Shown here piece after piece: positions 18,315-25,387 of a DNA stretch of 32,000 bases; the stretch's first letter is position 1; every line of letters starts with the position of its first letter. A program made the position numbers and the translations under genes. The stretch is taken from contig CP126532.1 in the NCBI GenBank assembly GCA_030167145.1, positions 5,010,001 through 5,042,000 of the forward strand, written 5' to 3'. The notes below the pieces were generated by a model. The model was not told where the DNA came from. It searched no databases and worked only from the letters and a program-made list of their open reading frames with translations. The DNA comes from Ktedonobacterales bacterium (lineage in GTDB: Bacteria > Chloroflexota > Ktedonobacteria > Ktedonobacterales > JADMIN01).

Positions 18315-18343
18315 TTGACTTGCGTCCAATGCGCTCCTACAAT
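18315..18343 (+). promoter_or_regulatory. Sigma70-like promoter for the tetR-mqn operon
   Basis: TTGACT (18315-18320), a 17-nt spacer, then TACAAT (18338-18343). It lies ~58 nt upstream of ATG 18401. Confidence 0.5.
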
Positions 18344-18400
18344 TCCGTAACAGACCGGCGCGTCGGTTCGTGCCGCGAGCCTGCTGGTCTGAGGGCACGC

Positions 18401-19096
18401 ATGAAAACTGCACAAGATGAACATGAGATGGGAAGTCATGCTCGCTCAAGCGGCGAAGTGCACACCGCGACTCGAGATAAAGAGGCGACGCGGCAGCGGC
18501 TACTCGATGCCGCCGAACAGGTATTTGCTGAAAAGGGTTACTATGCGACCGGCGTAGATGACATCATTCATGCCTCAGCTAGCTCAAAAGGCGGCTTTTA
18601 CTTTCACTTCCCCAAGGGAAAACAGGCAATCTTTCTGGCGCTAATTGATGCACTCGTGCCCAAGCTTGCCGCTGCCGTTGATCGCGCGATCTCCACCGAA
18701 ACCGACCCAATGGCACAGCTTGATGCTGCTTTGCGAATGGCGCTGGAGACGTTTTCGCGGCACCGACGGCTCAGCAAGATTCTGCTGGTTGAGGCGGTGG
18801 GCTTAGGACGTGGCCTGGATGAGAAGTTGATGCGGACGCGGGGTTACTTTGCGGGGATGATTCAGCATTATTTGGATAACGCTGTACTAGCTGGCCTGCT
18901 GCCACCTTGTGACACAGTGACGATCTCATGGGCATGGTTCGGCGCAATCAACGAATTGGTCGTGCGTTGGCTGGTCAGTGCGGAGCCGGCGCGGCTCGAA
19001 GAGGTGCTTCCGACTCTGCGAGGATTGTTGTTGCGATCCGTAGGTGCACCAGTGCCCTTAGAAACGCCAGAAACGCGAGAAAAGGTCCAGGAATGA
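18401..19096 (+). CDS. TetR/AcrR family transcriptional regulator
   Basis: N-terminal HTH pattern RQRLLDAAEQVFAEKGYYATGVDDIIHASASSKGGFYFHFPKGKQAIF. Start set at ATG 18401 with GAGGG 5 nt upstream. The ORF-track start is 18320. Confidence 0.88.
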   Translation: MKTAQDEHEMGSHARSSGEVHTATRDKEATRQRLLDAAEQVFAEKGYYATGVDDIIHASASSKGGFYFHFPKGKQAIFLALIDALVPKLAAAVDRAISTETDPMAQLDAALRMALETFSRHRRLSKILLVEAVGLGRGLDEKLMRTRGYFAGMIQHYLDNAVLAGLLPPCDTVTISWAWFGAINELVVRWLVSAEPARLEEVLPTLRGLLLRSVGAPVPLETPETREKVQE

Positions 19097-19980
19097 CATT
19101 ACGTGACGTCGATATCGAAACGTCTGGCCGACTTACGGCACATGAGTCTGTGCGCCTGGGCGTGATTGACTATCTCAATGTCGTACCGGTTTATGATTGG
19201 TTGTTGCGTAACGAAAGCAATGATGGCTTGCTGTCAGGCGTGCAGACGGTGGCAGGGGTGCCAGCACAGATGAACCGTGCGATGGCCGCAGGTGAAGTGG
19301 ATATTTCCAATGTCTCAAGCTTTGCCTATGGTGAACACACACGCGATTGGTTGTTGGCGCCGCACCTCTCGGTGGCGGCTGACGGGCGAGTGGATAGCGT
19401 GCTGCTATTCTCGTGGCGAAAGGACTGGCGCGCTTTAGATGGCGGCTCGGTGGCTCTGACAGATCACTCTGCGACTTCTATAGCCCTGACGCGCCTGCTC
19501 TGTGAGCGGCGCTATGGCGCGCGGCCACTGTACGTGACGTGCCCACCAGATCTGGAGCGTATGCTGGCCGAACACGATGCCGCACTGCTTATTGGCGATA
19601 TTGCCTTAGTGGAAGGCTACAGTCGACGCGAGATTGCCGGACGTGGCCAGCCGTATGTCTTTGACCTGGCAGCAGAATGGAAAGCTTGGACAAACCTGCC
19701 TTTTGTCTTTGCCGTATGGGCAGTACGAACCGCGCGCGCAGAAGCTGTACGCGAATCGGGGGCGCTTGAGCTGCTACGCACTTCAAAGGAACACGGACTG
19801 CTGACCCTCGATGCTCTGGCAGATAGCGCGGCGCGCCGACTTGGGTTGCCACATACTGTCTGCGCGGAGTATCTACGCCTGCTAGATTATGAGCTAACTG
19901 AGCGTGATCTGGTGGGTTTGCGAACCTTTTTGGAGATGGTGACGCCAGATTTCACATGGTCTGACGTGCATTTCGCGTAA
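19093..19980 (+). CDS. mqnA: Chorismate dehydratase MqnA (futalosine pathway)
   Basis: Matches the MqnA pattern as I recall it: LGVIDYLNVVPVY near the N-terminus, EVDISNVSSFAY, SVLLFS, SATSIALTRLL, DAALLIGDIAL, and DLAAEWKAWTNLPFVFAVWAV. ATG 19093 overlaps the tetR stop (ATGA). Confidence 0.82.
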   Translation: MTLRDVDIETSGRLTAHESVRLGVIDYLNVVPVYDWLLRNESNDGLLSGVQTVAGVPAQMNRAMAAGEVDISNVSSFAYGEHTRDWLLAPHLSVAADGRVDSVLLFSWRKDWRALDGGSVALTDHSATSIALTRLLCERRYGARPLYVTCPPDLERMLAEHDAALLIGDIALVEGYSRREIAGRGQPYVFDLAAEWKAWTNLPFVFAVWAVRTARAEAVRESGALELLRTSKEHGLLTLDALADSAARRLGLPHTVCAEYLRLLDYELTERDLVGLRTFLEMVTPDFTWSDVHFA

Positions 19981-20027
19981 TGGGCATCTATGTGCCCTTG
20001 TTCCGTTGGCGAGGAGAGAATGAGTCT

Positions 20028-21359
20028 ATGCGACGGATAGATGAGCTTGAAGCGCAGTTCGCGCGCCACCCAACACTCCCGCGTGAGGCAGTGTTGAAGG
20101 CCGATCTGCTGCGCACGGGCATTTGCTTCGACGAGAGGGCGCTGATACACGCGGACGATGGCGAAGGCGCATCGGTGCGTGAGCATCAGCCGAAGTCGTA
20201 CTTCATCTTCTCCTTCGATATGGTGCGTCAGCAGCAACTGGATGAGACGCAGAAATGGCACGCGCCTGAGGAAATCGCGCTTACCGGAGGGCGCTGGAAC
20301 TTGCAACGCACTATAGTCTCCACTCGCCTGAACCCCTCATCGCCCTATCGCGTTGCTCCGCGCGATGGAGCGCTTTGGCTGCATGACGGGGAGGAGCCGC
20401 TTGCGGAAGTTGGTCTCCATGATCTCCCGCCATACTACCGCGCAAAGTTGCCCGACGGACGCCCGGTTGCGGAGATCACGCCAACCATCGAGTGGGGCTA
20501 TCTGCTGTATTTGACAGTTTTTCGTGTGTGTCAATATTTCGGCGCGCATGAAGAGTGTCAGTTCTGTGACATCAATAACAATTATCGGCAGCAAATACAG
20601 GAAGGTCGGCCCTATACTGGTGTGAAGTCGGTCGCCGATATCCTGGCGGCGCTGGAAGCGGTAGATGCGAGCGGCAGCGAGAGTCTCGCCTACACTATCA
20701 CGGGCGGAAGTGTCACCTCTACGCTACAAGGCAAGAACGAAGTCGAATTTTACTCTCAGTACGTGGAGGCCATCGAGAGCCGATTTCCCGGTCGCTGGAT
20801 TAGCAAAGTTGTAACGCAAGCATGGCCAGTTGCCGATGTGAAGCGGCTGAAAGCTGCGGGTGCGCAGATATACCATCCGAACTATGAAATCTGGGATGCG
20901 GGATTGTTTCCGAAGATTTGTCCTGGCAAGGACCGGTATGTCGGGCGTGATGAGTGGATTCGGCGCATCGTGGATGCCGCTGAGGTTTTTGGCCCAGCAT
21001 ATGTAATTCCCAACTTTGTGGCGGGCATTGAGATGGCACAGCCACATGGCTACACTGAGGTGGAAGAGGCGATACGCTCGACGGCTGAAGGATTAGAGTT
21101 CTTCATGTCCAAGGGTATCACGCCACGCTTCACTACGTGGTGTCCTGAGCCGATGACGCCACTGGGCGATGCGAATCCAGAGGGTGCGCCCCTTGAATAT
21201 CATCTGCGCTTGCTCGAAACCTATCGCGACACGCTACATGCATACCGGCTGGCTCCACCACCGGGCTACGGTGAGCCAGGTCCCGGTAAAGCAGTCTTCT
21301 CTGTCAGTCCATTCATGGACGTACTCGCGCCAATTTCCGCTGATGCAGCAGCCGTGTAG
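20028..21359 (+). CDS. Radical-SAM-like protein with atypical CX8CX2C motif and unassigned ~180-aa N-terminal domain
   Basis: ORF 19980..21359. C184-x8-C193-x2-C196 (CQYFGAHEECQFC, nt 20529-20567) with an aromatic residue before the third Cys. A GGE-like YTITGGS lies ~45 residues downstream. The SD-preceded ATG is at 20028 (GAGGAG 11 nt upstream). The alternative ATG 19980 overlaps the mqnA stop (TAATG). Confidence 0.6.
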   Translation: MRRIDELEAQFARHPTLPREAVLKADLLRTGICFDERALIHADDGEGASVREHQPKSYFIFSFDMVRQQQLDETQKWHAPEEIALTGGRWNLQRTIVSTRLNPSSPYRVAPRDGALWLHDGEEPLAEVGLHDLPPYYRAKLPDGRPVAEITPTIEWGYLLYLTVFRVCQYFGAHEECQFCDINNNYRQQIQEGRPYTGVKSVADILAALEAVDASGSESLAYTITGGSVTSTLQGKNEVEFYSQYVEAIESRFPGRWISKVVTQAWPVADVKRLKAAGAQIYHPNYEIWDAGLFPKICPGKDRYVGRDEWIRRIVDAAEVFGPAYVIPNFVAGIEMAQPHGYTEVEEAIRSTAEGLEFFMSKGITPRFTTWCPEPMTPLGDANPEGAPLEYHLRLLETYRDTLHAYRLAPPPGYGEPGPGKAVFSVSPFMDVLAPISADAAAV

Positions 21360-21411
21360 TGTTGCTGGCGACGTGAATGGATAGGTGGCATGCAAACGAT
21401 GACCAATACAG

Positions 21412-21435
21412 ATTCCAGGAGCTTTCTCCTGGAAT
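21412..21435. other. Perfect 10-bp hairpin/palindrome with tetraloop, between the radical-SAM-like gene and mqnC
   Basis: ATTCCAGGAG-cttt-CTCCTGGAAT, 53 nt after the stop at 21359. No U-tract follows on either strand. Confidence 0.35.
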
Positions 21436-21568
21436 CGGCGCGGACGATGAAGGTCGGGGCGGTGCAGGCTGATGGAAGTCCACAAGTGACACCGACGAAG
21501 GTCACTGTGCGCAAGAATCGCCGTCTGGTAGAGCATTCAGCTACATTGAGAGCATGAGGGTTTGCGCT

Positions 21569-22675
21569 ATGCACACACTGGCAACAACGCAAGAACTGTT
21601 GGGCCGCGCTGTCGCGGGTGAGAGATTGAGTCTGGAAGATGGCATGCAACTGTATCACCATGCCGCTTCCGACGACCTACGTGAGGCGGCAGATGCCATC
21701 AGGCGGAAACGTCACCCCGAAGGCATCGTCACCTACCTTGTGGATCGCAATATCAATTACACCAATGTCTGCATCATTGATTGTGGTTTCTGCGCATTTT
21801 ACCGTAAGCCAGCCAGCCCTGAAGGCTACCTCCTGAGCAACGAGGAGATTGGGCATAAGATCGAGCAATTGTTGGCATGGGGCGGTACGCGCATTCTGCT
21901 GCAAGGTGGTGTGCATCCCTACCTCAAGTTGGACTACTATACGAACCTGTTGCGCTACATCAAAGAGCGGTATCCAACAATCCAGATTGATGCATTCTCA
22001 CCAGTGGAGGTGTGGAATATCGCCCGCATCATGAAGATACCTCTGTCCGAGGTGCTAGAGGAGTTGAAGGCTGCGGGGCTGGATGGTTTGCCTGGCGGTG
22101 GCGCGGAGATTCTAGATAACCGTACACGTAACACCATCGCACCGCACAAAGGTACATGGGAAAGTTGGATCGAGGCGGAGCGGCAGGCTCAGCGCCTCGG
22201 GCTGACGACCTCGGCGACGATGGTGTTTGGCTTCGGTGAGGATGTTGAAGAGCGCTCACTGCACCTTACTCGCTTACGCGATCTGCAAGACGAAAGCCTG
22301 GCTTTCAATAGCAATGGATTCACCAGTTTCATTTGCTGGAGCTATCAGCCCGATCACACGGCAATGGGCGGCGAGCGGGCGCCAGGTGAAGAGTATTTAC
22401 GCATGGTCGCCTTCTCTCGGCTGATGTTGGACAACTTTGCGAACATAAGCGCGTCGTGGCCATCGCAAGGAGCTGAGCTTGCCCGCGAAGCGCTCTATTG
22501 GGGCGCCAACGATTTCGGCAGCACAATGATGGAGGAGAATGTCGTCAGTGCCGCCGGAGCTGATGTTGGTACTTGTATGACAGTCGAACAGATTCATGAG
22601 CAGATCCGAAAAGCAGGTTTCCGTCCGGCCAAGCGCGACAGCAAGTATGGTATTCTGGGGACTTTCAGCGCCTAG
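21569..22675 (+). CDS. mqnC: Radical SAM menaquinone biosynthesis enzyme, MqnC-like (cyclic dehypoxanthinyl futalosine synthase; MqnE not fully excluded)
   Basis: Canonical CX3CX2C (NVCIIDCGFCAF, nt 21770-21793), LLQGGVHP and GLPGGGAEIL. The motifs AFSPVEV and FICWSYQP resemble my recollection of MqnC (AFSP, FIPW) more than MqnE (AFTA, FIPL). Start set at ATG 21569 with GAGGG 8 nt upstream. The ORF-track start is 21554. Confidence 0.75.
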   Translation: MHTLATTQELLGRAVAGERLSLEDGMQLYHHAASDDLREAADAIRRKRHPEGIVTYLVDRNINYTNVCIIDCGFCAFYRKPASPEGYLLSNEEIGHKIEQLLAWGGTRILLQGGVHPYLKLDYYTNLLRYIKERYPTIQIDAFSPVEVWNIARIMKIPLSEVLEELKAAGLDGLPGGGAEILDNRTRNTIAPHKGTWESWIEAERQAQRLGLTTSATMVFGFGEDVEERSLHLTRLRDLQDESLAFNSNGFTSFICWSYQPDHTAMGGERAPGEEYLRMVAFSRLMLDNFANISASWPSQGAELAREALYWGANDFGSTMMEENVVSAAGADVGTCMTVEQIHEQIRKAGFRPAKRDSKYGILGTFSA

Positions 22676-22721
22676 CAACCTGTTTACCAATGTTAGTTCG
22701 TTGTGAAGTGTGCGAACCCAT

Positions 22722-22753
22722 AACTCCCGCCATTTATCAGAGAGGCGGGAGTT
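22722..22753 (+). terminator. Hairpin downstream of mqnC (terminator candidate)
   Basis: Perfect 10-bp stem AACTCCCGCC / GGCGGGAGTT with a 12-nt loop, 47 nt after the mqnC stop. It is followed by GUGGCAU, so the U-tract is weak. Confidence 0.4.
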
Positions 22754-22940
22754 GTGGCATCCTGGGCGTTGCGAGTGAAGGCTGTGATATGAGATGTAAC
22801 GCACTGACAATAAGACATAAGATGGGTGTGCGACGTGTCCAGGGGAGTCCGTGGTATGTTACGACGACGGCTCTGGCGCATCTTGCGGAGCCGGGATACC
22901 GTCTGCGGAACGCCACGCGATTGGGGAGGTTTCTGAATTC

Positions 22941-24146
22941 ATGACCCGCGATCTGCTTGAACGTCACCGCGCTCTACGGGTGTTACTGGCATTGCTGCTC
23001 ATCATTGTCGCCATCTACGCTGCCACGCTCGTCTGGCATACGTTGGTTGTCTTTGGTGATGTGATTCTATTGTTTTTTCTGGCCTGGATCGTGGCGTTTG
23101 TTCTTGAGCCTGTTTCATTATTGCTCCAGCGCCGGGGGTTGCCACGAACCTTGGCTGTCTCGCTCATCTATCTGGGGGTGCTGCTGGTTGTCTCTGGCGG
23201 TATCATGTTGGCTGTGCCATCAATTGTAGATGAGGTGAAGCTGGTTGGTAACGAAGTTACCAGTGCGCTCTCTCCTGCGAACCTGAGCCAACTCAGCGCC
23301 AATGCTGCCGCCACACTGCATCATTTTGGCTTCAGCGAGAAAGATGCGCATAATCTCGTCAACTCTATACCTTCGCAGATTCCTCAAGTTGCGCTGGGAA
23401 TGACAAATAATGCGGTCAATACGACGACTCAATTGCTGGCTTCTATCCTGACGGTGCTATTTGATACCTTCCTCGTGCTGATTATTTCGTTTTACATGTT
23501 GCTCGATGGTGATCGGCTCGTAGAAAGCTTTGTGGTGCGCTTGCCACCCAAGTGGATTCCCGATGTGCGCGTCTTCCAGCGCTATGTGGAGCGTATTTTC
23601 GGCGGGTTCTTCCGTGCGCAGCTTACGATTGGTGCAATTTATGGAGTACTCACATGGCTGATGCTTCTGTCACTTGGACAGGCCAACGGCCTGCTGGTGG
23701 CAATGGCGTCCGGCATTATTATGCTCTTGCCATTCGTTGGGCCATTTCTAGCCGTTATCCCCCCGTTGCTGCTGGTGCTGCTGCAGTCACCCTCGGATGA
23801 TCTGTTGCGCAACTTGATTATTGTCGCTGCGGTTTCGATTGTAGCCCAGCAGGTGGTCTTCCAATTGATCGCGCCGCGAGTATTTGGCAGTCAGATGGGT
23901 GTGCATCCATTGCTCCTTTTCGCAGGTTTACTCGTCGGGGCTAAATTAGGGGGGGTATGGGGAGCTTTCTTCGCGGGTCCCATCGTCGCTGTCACATATG
24001 CAATGCTGCGGGTCTATTATGATCGCTTCGCGGAGACTTCGCCACTCTTCCAGGAAGATGCAACAGACACGCAAGGCGACGCAGCACTCGCGCGAGTCGA
24101 GTCGGCCTCTCGCGAGCGTCGCCCATCGGAGCCTGTTACACCGTAG
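22941..24146 (+). CDS. AI-2E family transporter (PerM/UPF0118)
   Basis: About 8 hydrophobic helices with a central soluble loop, the typical AI-2E architecture (LFFLAWIVAFVLEPV...LQRRGLPR, C-terminal GPIVAV). Start set at ATG 22941 with a GGGGAGG SD. The ORF-track start is 22851. Confidence 0.8.
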   Translation: MTRDLLERHRALRVLLALLLIIVAIYAATLVWHTLVVFGDVILLFFLAWIVAFVLEPVSLLLQRRGLPRTLAVSLIYLGVLLVVSGGIMLAVPSIVDEVKLVGNEVTSALSPANLSQLSANAAATLHHFGFSEKDAHNLVNSIPSQIPQVALGMTNNAVNTTTQLLASILTVLFDTFLVLIISFYMLLDGDRLVESFVVRLPPKWIPDVRVFQRYVERIFGGFFRAQLTIGAIYGVLTWLMLLSLGQANGLLVAMASGIIMLLPFVGPFLAVIPPLLLVLLQSPSDDLLRNLIIVAAVSIVAQQVVFQLIAPRVFGSQMGVHPLLLFAGLLVGAKLGGVWGAFFAGPIVAVTYAMLRVYYDRFAETSPLFQEDATDTQGDAALARVESASRERRPSEPVTP

Positions 24147-24160
24147 GTTGGGGTTACGGT

Positions 24161-25261
24161 CTACACTGCGGATTTCCATACCTGGACAGAATCGTCGGTA
24201 GCTGCAGAAGCGAGCAGTGTGCCATTGGGCGACCAAGCGATCTTGAAGATGATGCCTGTGTGACCCCTGTAGAGCAAGCGGGTTTTCCCGGTCATGGCAT
24301 TCCAGATATGTACGATTGTATCGTCTCCCCCTGATGCGATCTGAGTTCCGTCAGGTGACCAGGCAAGCGCATATACCTGACCCAAGGAGCCGGTATAGGT
24401 CAGCAACGTTTGCCCGGTGGTTGCGTCCCACACTTTGACTGAATTATTCGTGGTGACAGGCGGATTCAAACCAGCCGCACCGGTTCCTGATGCGATGTGC
24501 TTACCATCTGGTGACCAGGCGACTTCCCAGATCGGCGCATGCTGATCAGTGTAGGTCAAGAGATGCTTTCCGGTCTTCGCGTCCCAGATTTGAACCGTCT
24601 GGTCATAGCTGGCCGAGGCAATGCGCGCGCCATCTGGCGACCAGGCGACACGCGCGACTGGACCTGTGTGTCCTGTGTAGGTTACGACCGATTTGCCTGT
24701 CTGAATGTCCCATATTTTGACCGTGTCATCCTGGCTGCCTGACGCAATGAACTTGCTATTGGGCGACCACGCTAGCCCTTCGATGAAGCTCGACTGGCCA
24801 GAATAAGTGGCCATTGTATGGCCATTTGTGGCGTCCAAAATCTCGACGGTGCCGCCGGATCCACCCCCGGCGATTGCTTTGCCATCAGGAGACCAAGCAA
24901 CAGCGAAAGCATATGCTGCAACCGCAGCTTTCCAGAGGAGCTTTCCAGTGTTGGCCTCCCATACCTGAACGGTGCCATCGTTGCCACATGAGGCGATGCG
25001 TTTGCCATCAGGAGACCAGGATACGCCAATTACCGGGCCTTTGTGTCCACCATAGGTGAGCAGGGCTGTGGAAAGAGTTGGCACACTCACGGTGGCAGTA
25101 CCAGACGGCGTAGAGGTACTGATCGAGCTGCTAGCTGGCGAGCCATGAGAAGTGGCACAGGCGACTAGCAGTAAGCACGGGAAGCACAAGAGCAGTCTGT
25201 GCAGTGAGTGCAGACGTCTGGGAAAGGTAATAGTGGTTGCGTTGAGTCTCTGAGATGGCAT
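24161..25261 (-). CDS. WD40-repeat (7-bladed beta-propeller) lipoprotein
   Basis: Signal peptide with lipobox (LLLCFPCLLLVAC), a Ser/Thr-rich linker, then seven units containing (V/L/I)(A/S)WSP(D/N)G...IAS...D.TV.(I/V)W. Start set at ATG 25261 with GAGGAAG upstream. The ORF-track start is 25330. Confidence 0.85.
   Translation of the reverse strand: MPSQRLNATTITFPRRLHSLHRLLLCFPCLLLVACATSHGSPASSSISTSTPSGTATVSVPTLSTALLTYGGHKGPVIGVSWSPDGKRIASCGNDGTVQVWEANTGKLLWKAAVAAYAFAVAWSPDGKAIAGGGSGGTVEILDATNGHTMATYSGQSSFIEGLAWSPNSKFIASGSQDDTVKIWDIQTGKSVVTYTGHTGPVARVAWSPDGARIASASYDQTVQIWDAKTGKHLLTYTDQHAPIWEVAWSPDGKHIASGTGAAGLNPPVTTNNSVKVWDATTGQTLLTYTGSLGQVYALAWSPDGTQIASGGDDTIVHIWNAMTGKTRLLYRGHTGIIFKIAWSPNGTLLASAATDDSVQVWKSAV
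24164..25045 (-). repeat. Seven tandem WD40 coding repeats (~126-nt period)
   Basis: The WSPDGK/WSPNG core recurs 7 times in the translated ORF. This is a coding repeat, not an interspersed element. Confidence 0.8.
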
Positions 25262-25387
25262 ACGTCTTCCTCTTCGTAACATACTAACGAAGTACTTCCG
25301 ATGCCTGTAGCATGACATGGAGAGAAACATGGGTCATTCGCCAAAGGACGTATTCTTGGGTCGCATCCAGCATTCATAGAGCGGTGT

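Noticed and set aside
22690-22944. 84-codon plus-strand ORF in the mqnC/AI-2E intergenic region.
   Set aside because: It is Cys/Arg-rich with odd composition. It spans a perfect hairpin and runs in a different frame across the SD and start of the AI-2E gene. It is most likely non-coding leader sequence.
24164-25045. ~126-nt periodic DNA repeats considered as a possible repeat array or CRISPR-like structure.
   Set aside because: The periodicity is fully explained by seven in-frame WD40 blades of one ORF. There is no repeat-spacer organisation.
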